The notes under the pieces are model-generated. The model did no database searches and was not told the origin of the DNA. It worked only from the letters and a program-made list of their open reading frames with translations. 64,000 nt of DNA from Mobula hypostoma (taxonomy: Eukaryota): NCBI RefSeq assembly GCF_963921235.1, contig NC_086098.1:235848001-235912000 (forward strand). Direction: 5' to 3'. Shown here one piece after another: positions 24,830 through 36,200 of this stretch (position 1 is its first letter; each line of letters starts with the position of its first letter). The translations under genes were made by a program, and so were the position numbers.

Positions 24830-27175
24830 GTTTTATTGGAGATAGTGATCACAATTCTATCTCCTTTACCATAGCATTGAAGAGGAAGAGGAACAGACAA
24901 GTTAGGAAAGCATTTAATTGAAGTAAGGGGAAATATTAGGCTATCAGGCAGGAACTTGGAAGCATAGATGGGAAACAGATGTTCTCAGCGAAACGTACGG
25001 AAGGAATGTGGCAAATGTTCAGGGAGTATTGGCGTGGGGCTCTGAGTAGGTATGTTCCAATGAGACAGGGAAATGATGGTAGGGTATAAGATCCGTGGTG
25101 TACAAAGACTGTTGTAAATCTAGTCAAGAAGAAACGAAGAACTTACGGAAGTTTCAAAAAGCTAGGTAATGATGGCGATCTAGAAGAATATAAAGCTAGC
25201 AGGAAGGAGCTTAAGAAAGGAATTCGGAGAGCCAGAAGGGGCCATGAGAAGGCATTGGCGAACAGGTTTAAGGAAAACCCCAAGGCATTCTACAAGTATG
25301 TGAAGAGCAAGAGGATAAGATGTGAAAGAATAGGACCAATCAAGTGTAACAGTGGAAAAGTGTGTATGCAACCGGAGGAGATAGCAGAGGTACTTAGTGA
25401 GTACTTTGCTTCAGAATTCACTATGGAAAATTATCCTGGCGATTGTAGGGATGATTTCCAGTGCTCTGAAAAGCTTGGGAATGTAGATATTAAGAAAGGG
25501 GATGTGCTGGAGTTTTAGAAAACATCAAGCTGGATAAGTCACTGGGACAAGATGAGATGTACCCCAGGCTACTGTGGGAAGCGAAGGGGGGAGGGGGGAT
25601 TGCTGAACCTCTGGCAATGATCTATGCATCCTCAATGAGGACAGGAGAGGTTCCGGAGGATTGGAGGGCTGCAGATGTTGTTCCCTTATTCAAGAAAGGT
25701 AGTAGGGATAACCCAGGAAATTATAAGGCAATGAGTATTACTTCAGTGGTTGGTAAGTTATGTGATTATGAAGATACGCAGTCCTCTTTTATTGTCATTT
25801 AGTAATGCATGCATGCATGAAGAAATGATACAATATTGAAGGAGAAGATCCTGAGAGGCAGGATTTATGAACATTTGGAGAGGCATAGTACGAATACGAA
25901 TAGGTAGCACGGCTTTGTCAAAGGCAGATTGTGCCTTACGAGCCTGATTGAATTTTTTGAGGATGTGACTAAACACATTGATGAAGGTAGAGCCGTAGAT
26001 GTAGTGTGGATGGATTTTAGCAAGGCATTTGATAAGGTACCCCACGCAAGGCTTATTGAGAAAGTAAAGAGGCATGGGATCCAAGGGGACATTACATTAT
26101 GGATCCAGAACTGGCTTACCCACAGAAGGCAAAGGGTGGTTGTAGACGGTCATATTCTGCATGGAGGCCGGTGACCAGTGGTGTGCCTCAGGGATCTGTT
26201 CTGGGATCCCTACACTTTGCGATTTTTATAAATGACCTTTTTGGGAAACTGGAGGGACGGGTTAGTAAATTTGCTGATGACACAAAGTTTGGGTGTGTTG
26301 TGGATAGTGTGGAGGGCTGTCAGAGGTTACAACGAGACATTGATAGGATGCAAAACTGGGCTGAGAAGTGACAGATGGATTTCAACCCAGATAAGTGTGA
26401 CGTGGTTCATTTTGGTAGGTCAAATATGATGCAGAATATAGCATTAATGATAAGTCTCTTGGCAGTGTGGAGGATCAGAGGGATCTTGGGGTCCGAGTGC
26501 ATAGGACACTCAAAGCTGCTACGTAGGTTGACTCTGTCTTTAAAAGGGCATATGGTGCATTGACCTTCATCAATCGTGGGATTGAATTTAAGAACCGAGC
26601 GGTAATATTGCAGCTATATAGGACCCCGTTCAGACCCCACTTGGAGTACTGTGTTCAGTTCTGGTCGCCTCACTACAGAAAGGACGTGGAAACCATGGAA
26701 AGGGTGCAGAGGAGATTTACAAGGATGTTTCCTGGATTGGGGAGCATGCCTTATGAGAATAGGTTGAGTTAACTCGGCCTTTTCTCCTCGGAGCGACGAA
26801 GGACGAGAGGTGACCTGATAGAGGTGTTCAAGACAATAAGAAGCATTGATCATGTGGATAGCCAGAGGCTTTTCCCCAGGGCTGAAATGGCTAGCACGAG
26901 AGGGAATAGTTTTAAGATGCTTGGACGTAGGGGCAGAGAGGCTGCCAGGTGTAAGTTTTTTTTTTACGCAGAGAGTGATAAGTGCGTGGAATGGGCTGCC
27001 GGCGGCTGTGGTGGAGGCGGAAACGATAGTAACTTTTAAGAGACTCCTGGTTGGAGATTAGAAAAATAGAGGGCTATGGGTAAAGCCTAGGTAGGTCTAA
27101 GGTAGGGACATGTTCGGCACAGCTTTGTGGGCCGAAGGGCCTGTATTGTGCCGTATGTTTTCTATGTATCTATGA
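24830..27175 (+). mobile_element. CR1 LINE, 5'-truncated, RT with stops/frameshifts
   Basis: KENPKAFYKYVKSK; PEDWRAADVVPLFKKG; DFSKAFDKVPH; [10 protein letters not shown]; KFADDTK; HLEYCVQFWSP; 3' tail ttctatgtatctatg. Confidence 0.9.
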
Positions 27176-28975
27176 AATTAGAAGAGCCAGAAGGGGCCAC
27201 AAGAAGGCCTTGGCGGACAGGATTAAGGAAAACCCCAAGGCATTCTACAAGCGTGTGAAGGCCAAGAGGATAAGACGTGAGAGAATAGGACCAATCAAGT
27301 GCGACAGTGAGAAAATGTGAATGGAACTGGAGGAAATAGCAGAGGTACTTAATTAATACTTTGCTTCAGTATTCATTATGGAAAAGGATCTTGGCGATTG
27401 TAGAGACGAATTACAACAGACTGAAAAGTTTCAACATATAGATATTAAGAAAGAGGATGTGCTGGAGCTTTAGGAAAGCATCAAGTTGGATAAGTCACCA
27501 GGACCAGACGGGATGTACCCCAGGCTACTGTGGGAGACGAGGGAGGAGATTGCTGAGCCTCTGGAGATGATCTTTGCATTATCAGTGGGGATGGGAGAGG
27601 TTCTGGAGGATTGGAGGGTTGCAGATATTGTTCCCTTATTCAAGAAGGGGAATAAAGATAGCCCAGGAAATTATAGACCAGTGAGTCTTACTTCAGTGGT
27701 TGGAAAGTTGATGGAGTAGATCCTGAGAGGCAGAATTTATGAACATTTGGAGAGACATAATATGATTAGGAATAGTCAGCTTGGCTTTGTCAAAGGCAGG
27801 TAGAGCAGTAGATGTAGTGTACATGGATTTCAGCAAGGCAATTGATAAGGTAACCCATACAAGGCTTATTGAAAAAGTAAGGAGGCATGGCGTCCAAGGG
27901 GACATTGCTTTGTAGATCCAGAACCTGCTTGCCCACAAGTGTGGTTGTAGCTGGGTCATATTCTGCATGGACGTCGGTGACCAGTGGTGTGCCTCAGGGG
28001 TCTGTTCAGGGATCCCTACTCTTCCATTTTTCACGATTTTTATAAATGACCTGGGTGAGAAAGTGGAGGGTTGTGTTAGTAAATTTGCTGATGACACAAA
28101 GGTTGGGGGGTGTTACGGATAGTGTGGAGGTCTGTCAGAGGCCACAGCTGGACATTGATAGGATGCAAAACTGCGTGAGAGGTAGCAGATGGAGTCCAAC
28201 CCAGATAAGTGTGAACTGGTTAATTTTGGTCGGTCAACTATAATGGCAGAATATAGTATTAATGGTAAGACTCTTGGCAGTGTGTAGGATCAGGAGGTTC
28301 TTGGGCTCCGAGTCCATAGGACACTCAAAGCTGCTGCGCAGATTGACCCTGTAGTTAAGAAAGCATGCGGTGCATTGGCCTTCATCAATTGTGAGACTGA
28401 GTTGAGGAGTCCAGAGGTAATATTGCAGCTATATAGGACCCTGGTCAGACCCCACTTGGAGTACTGTGCTCAGTTCTGGTCGCCTCACTACAGGAAGGAC
28501 GTGGAAACCACAGAAAGGGTGCAGAGGATATTTAGAAGGATGTTGCCTGGATTGGGGAGCATGCCTTATGAGAATAGGTTGAGTGAACTTGGCCTTTTCT
28601 CCTTGGAGCGACGGGGATGAGAGGTGACCTGATAGAGGTGTATAAGATGATGAGAGGTATTGATCGTGTGGATAGTCAGAGGCTTTTCCCGCAGGGCTGA
28701 AATGGCTAGCATGAGAGGGCATAGTTTTAAAGTGCTTGGAAGTAGGTACAGAAGAGATGTTAGGGGTAAGTTTTTTCCGCAGAAGGTGGGCTGTCGGTGA
28801 CGGTGGTGGAGGCGGATACGACAGGGTCTTTTAGGAGACTCCTGGACAGGTACATAGTGCCTAGAAAAATAGAGGGCTATGGGTAACCCTGGGTAATTTC
28901 TAAGGTAAAGACAAGTGCAGCGCAGCTTTGTGGGCTGTAGGGCCTCTATTGTGCTGTAGGTTTTCTATGTTTCTA
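27176..28975 (+). mobile_element. Second CR1 LINE copy, head-to-tail with the first
   Basis: DKSPGPDGMYPRLL; VPLFKKG; KFADDTK; HLEYCAQFWSP; 3' tail ttctatgtttcta. Confidence 0.9.
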
Positions 28976-29836
28976 AAATACAAAATCTACAGCAAACTGC
29001 CAGATGAACTGAAAATGTCATTGGCTGCAGTCGACCATCACAGGAGGACTTGCAAGTGTCCAGAATAAAGAAGCGTGCATGAAAAAGTCATTGCAGACTG
29101 CGCCCTTTGCATACTGCCTTTTTCAAAAAAAAACTTGTGGAGAACGTTATAGGACTTTCAAAAGAAACAGCTCACGCCATCTTAACAATTTTAATAGTTT
29201 CTTCCCCTAAGCAGCTAAATAATTCTGCGGATGTTGGAAATTCGGAGCATTTGTGGAAAGGAATAAACAGTCGACGTTTCGAGCCGAGAGCTCCCCATAG
29301 ATCCAGCCAGACCTGATGATTTCCTCTAGCAATTTGTTTGTGTTATTTCCTCGGGTTATTTAATCTGATCAACCATTTGCAGTAACCCCTACACCTCTAT
29401 TACCCCATTGACTGCACTGCACTGTAAATACTTTAAACCTCGTTTTATAATGTTGCTAGCATTGTACATAGATGCTGTTATTTATGTATTTGTACACATT
29501 TTATTCCATACACTGAATTTAATTTTTAACTTTAATTTTATATAATTATTCCTTATAATTCTTGAATGTTCTGTTTCATGTCACGCTAACACACCACAAC
29601 AAATTTCTAATGCATTGAACTGTATATTGTGACTAACGTTGATTATTGATCCAAGAAAATGGAGTACACAGAGATCGGCATTGCTAAGCAAGGACGGATA
29701 AGCAGTTTGAGCTGACTTGACTAAGTCTATGTCTGGTAGTTGAAGCTCGTCATGTTACTCGCTACTAATTCATTCGATGCACAGAGAACAGTCGAGTAAA
29801 GACAGAGCCACTGTAAACACGCCCCTGAGTTGCCTC

Positions 29837-29842
29837 TTTATT
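29837..29842 (-). terminator. AATAAA polyadenylation signal, IgL cluster 1
   Basis: About 285 nt 3' of the stop; conserved at 52947-52952 in cluster 2. Confidence 0.75.
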
Positions 29843-30126
29843 AAGTGCTGTGTTGCAAGATTCAATCACAATACAGTCATCGTCTCCTGGTGAATCTCTC
29901 CCCACTGTACAAACAGCAGAAGTTCAGACACATCATAGCGAGAAGATAATTCTACATAGGATTATGCGTCGCAAAAGATGGGCGATCAAAACATTCATTT
30001 CTGAATTTGTTAAACATTTTTTTAGTTCCCAGAAATAGACATTTGCTACAGAATTACATTACAAAAAGCGGCTGCACAGCCCCAGTGGGGGTTACACTGC
30101 GTTCCTGAGCGCCACCCGGCAGGGCC

Positions 30127-30455
30127 TCACTGCGCACAGGCGGACGAAGAGATGGTGTTGCGCAGCGGCGAGCTCAGCGAGCTGTGGCTCACGCTGCAGG
30201 AATAGATTGAGCCCTTGTTCCAGGCAGCGGTGGTTACTCGCAAGTAACTGCTCAGCTTGTAGGTCTGGTCAGTGTCCGTGGACACGGCGCTTGTCGTCAC
30301 GCCACTGTCCGTCTCCACGCCATCCACGCTCCAGCGCAACGCGATCAAGCCCGGCTTAAAGCCGCTCACGAGGCAGGATAGAGTGGCGGAACCCAAGCCG
30401 GTCTCCTCCGGGGAGGGAGGAAGCAGGAGAACCGAGGGCTGTCTGCTCTCGCTAC
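30127..30455 (-). CDS. IgL cluster 1 constant exon
   Basis: cacacag acceptor; PSVLLLPPS..ATLSCLVSGF.P..W..YSCSVSH, C-terminal Cys. Confidence 0.95.
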
Positions 30456-32035
30456 CTGTGTGTGAGAAAGGCGGTGGGAGGAAGAGGAAAATATCATCAT
30501 TAATGTGCCACACACGAACCGAACTCACGGCAAAGTAGGTTCACAATGCACCTATCAGAGAAAAGTTGGGAACAGACCATTGGACCCATCAACAGACGCT
30601 ATCATGGAATTGTTGCCCACCCTTCAGGTCTGGGACTGCGCCCTCGCGGGGTTACAGTTAGAAATGTGTGTTATTCAGATCCTTTTCTTGGTACCCGCAG
30701 CTCTCGCAGACGGTTAACTCCAGACGAAGCACCAGTCTGAGCAAAATTGTCCAAACCGCTCCCAATCAACTTATTGACACGTTTTTGACGCCGTCCTCTT
30801 TGCTGAGGGAGGTACTTGGGTGGTGGGGTAGGGGCAGACACCTACAAATCCCCAAATCTAAATTCCGTCTATTATGTGCTTGTCGACATTTCAGCTTAAT
30901 CTGTTGATCGACGGGAGCACCCCGAGATTGGAGTGGCAATGTAGATATCGATATCTCGCCGTGCAATAAGGCAACACGAAGTGGCGAAGATACAGAAAGG
31001 GTCAGAGAGATGAGCGTTCTCCCTGTCTGACAGCTTCAGTGTCTGTTATTATCCTTCATTGTATTTGACAGTAATGACGCATTTCTCCGTCATAAACTGC
31101 GATAGCGTTGACTTCTAGCGGATCATGACAGTTAACAGAGGGTTGGACGATTAATCTCTATTAAATTTAGGTTTGAGTGCGGGAGATGAGTTGGGGGGTT
31201 TTGGAATATGAGAAATGGATTAACAGGTTAAAAGACGGAACTTTCGAGTGATGGCCTGGTGCCGCCTCTTGTGGGATGATTCAAATGTAGAAGTAATTCA
31301 CACATTCAATAGTAGTGTTGTCCCGAGGATTTTAATGACCTACCATGCCGAGCTGAGTGTGCGGATTCTGTCTCGAAGAGACAGATCGATTCTTTCGCCA
31401 GTGTAGAGCCAGCCAGCAGCACGATTGAAATGGGGATTTCTTCAGAAGCATAACTTGATATAAAACGGGAGGATTACTTACTCTTTATCTCCAGGATCGT
31501 CCCCGGTCCGTAGACCCAACCTACTTCATTTTCCCACACTCTGCAGTAATAGACGGCCGAATCGCCGGGCTCCAATCTGCCGATAGTCAGGATGTGAGTG
31601 TCGGCGGAGGTATCTCTGGACGGTTGGAAACGGTCAGGGATGCCGACTATTCTGTAGATGGTATTATCCGTCCTATGATATATCACCCCCTCCGGTGTTC
31701 TCCCGGGACGATGTCGGTCCCACGCAAATGTGTAACTTCCAACGTTTCCATTCCGTATCCGGCACTCTAAGCGGGCAGTCTGTCCTGCGGAGACAGGACC
31801 GGACACTGGGGTCTGATTGAGGACTGGGACCGCCAGGATACCTGCAATGAGACACAATAAAACTACCAGGTGACTTGCAACCATCAGAAGTGTTATAGAT
31901 CGCTGAAGACTCGCAGAAAAGTGGCTTTCAAAGTTTCAAAGAATTTCTTTGCGGATAATTCGTGCGTAAACTAACCCGCCTCTCACCTGGTAAATTGACC
32001 ATTAGAGCCCACAGGAGATGCAGAACTGGGAACAT
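30127..32035 (-). CDS. Ig light chain cluster 1, chondrichthyan type I (NS5/sigma-cart-like), germline-joined VJ; 245 aa
   Basis: complement(join(30127..30455,31482..31841,31987..32035)). Leader MFPVLHLLWALMVNLPG|ILA; V has C..W..YYC and a long CDR2 running in frame into J (YGPGTILEIK|GTAAGT). C1-set domain ends SSSACAQ. No RSS. Confidence 0.93.
31482..31841 (-). CDS. IgL cluster 1 fused VJ exon
   Basis: 360 nt open frame, CDR3 RVWENEVGWV, J donor GTAAGT. Confidence 0.95.
31987..32035 (-). CDS. IgL cluster 1 leader exon (MFPVLHLLWALMVNLP-G)
   Basis: 49 nt, phase-1 GTGAGA donor; 145-nt intron to the V acceptor ttgcag. Confidence 0.9.
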
Positions 32036-32106
32036 TCTTTCGGTCAGCGAGCGTCCTAAATTCTAACCGAACCGTGCGCTGTTGTGCAAACACCGGGAGC
32101 GGCTCC

Positions 32107-32228
32107 GGTTCCAGTGTCTGCAAACTGGACGCTCCGGGCTCTTTATTAACCGGGGATGTTAATGAGTGGGAGGGGGCAGAGGCAGGATGGGGGCGGAGAC
32201 TGACCACCCGTCCTCTGGAATCTACTGT
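32107..32228 (-). promoter_or_regulatory. IgL cluster 1 proximal promoter block (TATA-like TTAATAAA at 32142-32149, GC box near 32190-32197)
   Basis: 122 bp identical to 55151-55272; lies 70-190 nt upstream of the ATG. Confidence 0.65.
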
Positions 32229-32989
32229 GTGCGAATTCCATGATCGTAAAAACATTAACCCCTACCTTCAAAATATTTTTATTTAGCTATGTTGTATCAA
32301 AGATCCAAGTCAATCCGGTCTGATCAATATCTAGGAAAGGGAATGAGTTTGAAGATAATTTTAGACATTCGATTGACGGCTGCATTTAGCAATATTTAGC
32401 TGTTAATGTCTGTCTCAGCGAGCGACCAAGCCTACTCACTGCATAAAGTCTCTGTAACCGTCTTCAAAACAGACCTATGAATGTAGTGACACAGTTCCTG
32501 CGTTTGGAAAACCATGTCATAAACACGCTGTTTATCCCTTTTCTGTCAGGATTTAAATAAAGCTGATTGCTAAAATTCATAAATCCAAATCCACTAATGA
32601 TCAAAGTTTAAGTTCGAAGTAAATTTATTATCATATATTATACCGAGATTCATTTTCTTGCAGGCATTCACAGTAGAACAATGACATACAATAGAATCGA
32701 TGAAAAACTACACAGAAAGCCTGACAAGCATTCAGTGTGCAAAAGGAAACAGACAGCGAAAATAGAAAAAAACAAAATAATAATATTCATTATAAATAAA
32801 TAAATATATAATCATGTGAACATGATTATATATTCTTTGAAAGTGAGGACAACAAAAATGCAATTGAATCGATGAACACCTACACACAAAGTACCAAGTT
32901 ATCCATTTTCAATAGACAAACTGAGGAAATACACTAATAAATATAATAATTATTATTAAAAGAGGGAATTGAAAGACTTTGGAACACGA

Positions 32990-33200
32990 AAAAGGTGCAC
33001 TTTGTCTTGATGGTAATATCTACCCATGGCGTCATCCCAAGGGCACTAGACAATAGCATTAAACAATTAGAGCAACACAGCAATATCTCTGTAAATCTTC
33101 AGAAAGTCACGATACTAAACAGCACAGAAATAGTCCGGAAATTCCTAGTAAATGACAAATGAGCTTGGCAACGCCTCGGGTTTTCTAACAAGTGCTGGGT
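32990..33200 (+). mobile_element. R4/Dong-like 3' fragment (also at about 56030-56260 in copy 2)
   Basis: VISTHGVIPRAL...NLQKVTILNSTEIVRKFL. Confidence 0.7.
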
Positions 33201-36200
33201 AGATAGACAGACTGATAGACTAATAGATAAATAGAATTGAGAACTTTAGTTGTGGAGTTCTTGCAGGTGAGTCCACAGGTTGTGGAACCAGTTCAGTTTT
33301 GATTATGAGTGAAGTTATCCACGCTGGTTCAAGAGTCTGATGGTTGGAGGGTATTAGGTGTTACCCTTTGCGGTCCATGTTGCCATGTCGTGTGTCAACA
33401 GCGGCGGAAGTGCGGGCCTGGGTGAAACCTGAATTCACCCCAGATTTTAGGGTCAATTCTCAGACAAAGAGTGCTGTTTGTGCATGTCAGCGGTCAATCA
33501 ACACACCACCAGCCCCAGATATCACAGCAGGCATCCATCTGGAAAGCGTCCTCGCCGAACCACCATCATCAATGACAAGAAATATTCTTATAAAAATTTT
33601 CGGGCAATTGCCTTCTGAAACGGCGAATTGGAAAATCCGACCATGCCATTCAAAGACCGACACCATTGCTCAATCCTCCAGTATCAAGGGTCAGCAGTGA
33701 CTATTGGCCACAAACTATATTGGAACAGAATAAATGACAATATATCACAGACGATTCAAAGTAGCAGGTTCAAAGCACATTTATTATAAACTACGTATGT
33801 TACCATATACTACTTTTAGATTCATTTCCTAGAATACTTTTTGATTCTGTATAGAATAGAACAAAAACAATAGAATAGAATCAATGAAAACCTATACGCA
33901 AACAAACAATGAGTAAAAGAAAGACAAACTGTGCAAATTTTAAAAAGTAAATTAATTAATAACACTGAGAACATGAGTGATAGAGCCTTGAATGTGTTGT
34001 GTAAGGATGGGTAACTACGTAATGGCAAAAAATGCATCACCTGACCGAAGAAAAACGCTCCTATGGTCAGCTGCGGAATGGCATACTCGATTTTAACATG
34101 GAAGTCCACAGCTCCAACAACTCCTGTATTGGCCCCACGATCATCACCCTGAAAACCATTGGTACTTTGGACCTGCAGTGCTAGCCATTACAAAATGATT
34201 AAGGAGAGTAGCTGCGACTTTCGGTCACAGGACCATCGCGCCTCCCCGTCATTGAATAACACTGCAGGTAATAATTTTCCGGGGTTCTGCCTTCCTGCAC
34301 TGAATCCACATGTATCAATTCCTCTTGTATCTAAAGATCCCTCAGATCCCTTCTTGAATGTACTTAGCGACTGATCATCCAGTTCACAGAAAGAAAGCAA
34401 ACTTCTTTCTGATTTCGGTCCGGAATGACACAAGTTTTATTTTGATACACTGACATCAACCGTATTAACCATTAGTATATTCGCTTCATCAGTGATTTCA
34501 CATATCCTGCCCGGGAAGATCCGACCCTCGCACGGTATTCCGATTCTGATCATACCAGCTCCCTTTATTATTGCAGCAAGACATCCGCCATGGACAGTCG
34601 CAAGCCCGTCTGCGAAAGGAGGAGGTTTGGGAATGGGTCCAGCAAACCCTTCCCATAAAAACCCAGAGCTACAGAAACGCCAACAGAAGCTGCAAAATCC
34701 TCATTTCTGGAAAAGAGAGGATTCTGGCCGAGAAGAGTATGAAGTCGTGTGGTGAAGGTGGACAAAACTGGATTAACGTTCGGCTCAGGACACAGGTCTC
34801 TGGCGTGCTGCTGTGGGCAGTCTTTGCCCCAGTAGGGGTGATGGGCTTAAGAATAAAGAGACATTATTGTCTAACGCTCAAGCACGAGCTAATGTAAACT
34901 TTTTCTATTGCTTGCTTTATTGTCTCTACGTGTTAACGTCCAGAGATCCTTAAACAAGCACACGCGTCCTTAAATTTGTCATAATCTGGCGGGTAGTGGG
35001 GTGTGTTGGGTCGTGGGAGGGGGGAGCCCGCACTACCTATGAAATGGTCCTAATGACATACGTGTCAAATAGCCCCTGGACACCAAGTTTAGATTCTGGA
35101 CTTCAAGTGTGGTTTAACTGCTAAGCGCCGTAACCGTTTCAACTAACAGGATATTCCAATAATCCATTAATCCAATCCCTCACCATTGATTATGAAAAAG
35201 CAAAGGCGGCTTACTGGCATCTTAAACCCAGTTGCTTCGGCGAGAAGGAAATCTCTAAACTCAACCTTCCACTGCCTTGCGAGAATACCCACTCACGGGG
35301 AAGACTTCGGGAGTAAACTCTGAGGAAATAGCTGAAGTTGGAGTCAATCAGACAGTCCTATGTTGAGGTCAACACTGACTGGCAATTCCCGCGACATCAC
35401 TGGTGCCAAACTGTATAGGCTGCGTTGAAGGGGGGAGCCTGCTGTATGGGCAACAGCTTGCTCTCCATATCATACTGCCCTGGCTCTTGTATACAACCTA
35501 GACAACTAGGACGAGATATCTATGGTCGACCTCGACCAGGGGAGAGCCTCAAAAGAAGCAGACTCGTGGCATTTCAAATCCAGTCCCTCACTATTGATTA
35601 GCAATACACAATGATATTGGATCTGCAAAAGTAGATGACTTAATGTTCAGCCGCATGTCGTACCTCCGCCTGCTTACCTAATCCATCTGTATGAATTCTA
35701 ATCTTTCCGAAACGCCGCAAAAAGCAAATAAATTTGTGTCACCACACCTCGGGAGTGCACATGTAGCTCCCTCATTAAAACATGTGATATAAATTGTGAA
35801 CAGCAAGAAGTATTAAAGTGATAATAAATACATAAGAAAATAAATAATGCAGAGAACATGGTGAAGGGTGGCTGTTTTTTCGTGAAACACACCAGTTCTT
35901 ATCAAAGTTAACGTCAAAGTAAATTTATTATGAAAGTGGAAGTATGTCCCTTTAATGCTATCTTGAGATCCACCAGTTCAGATTTGAGGTCAGTAAAGTT
36001 ATATACGTTGGTTCAGGAATCTGATGGTTGCAGGGGAATATCTGCTCCTGATCCTGGTGCTGTGAGATCTAAGGCTCCTGTACCTCCTGCCCGATGGTAA
36101 CAGCAGCGACGAAGAGGGTGGGAGATTATTGTGAATGAAGGGGTTAAGGGACACCGAGAAGGCAGAAGAGTGGGGTTGAAATGGAAATCAACGACTAATA

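Noticed and set aside
24830-28975. Active reverse transcriptase genes
   Set aside because: Both CR1 copies are 5'-truncated with multiple stops and frameshifts.
30456-30528. N-terminal extensions of the C-region ORFs (MSSVRVW..., MWCCFGN...)
   Set aside because: These are intron sequence upstream of the cacacag acceptor.
31842-31884. ORF-track start MVASHLVVLLCL as the true Ig leader (apparently intronless leader)
   Set aside because: A canonical 49-nt leader exon with a phase-1 GT-AG intron exists upstream (31987-32035; 55031-55079). Kept only as a speculative alternative start.
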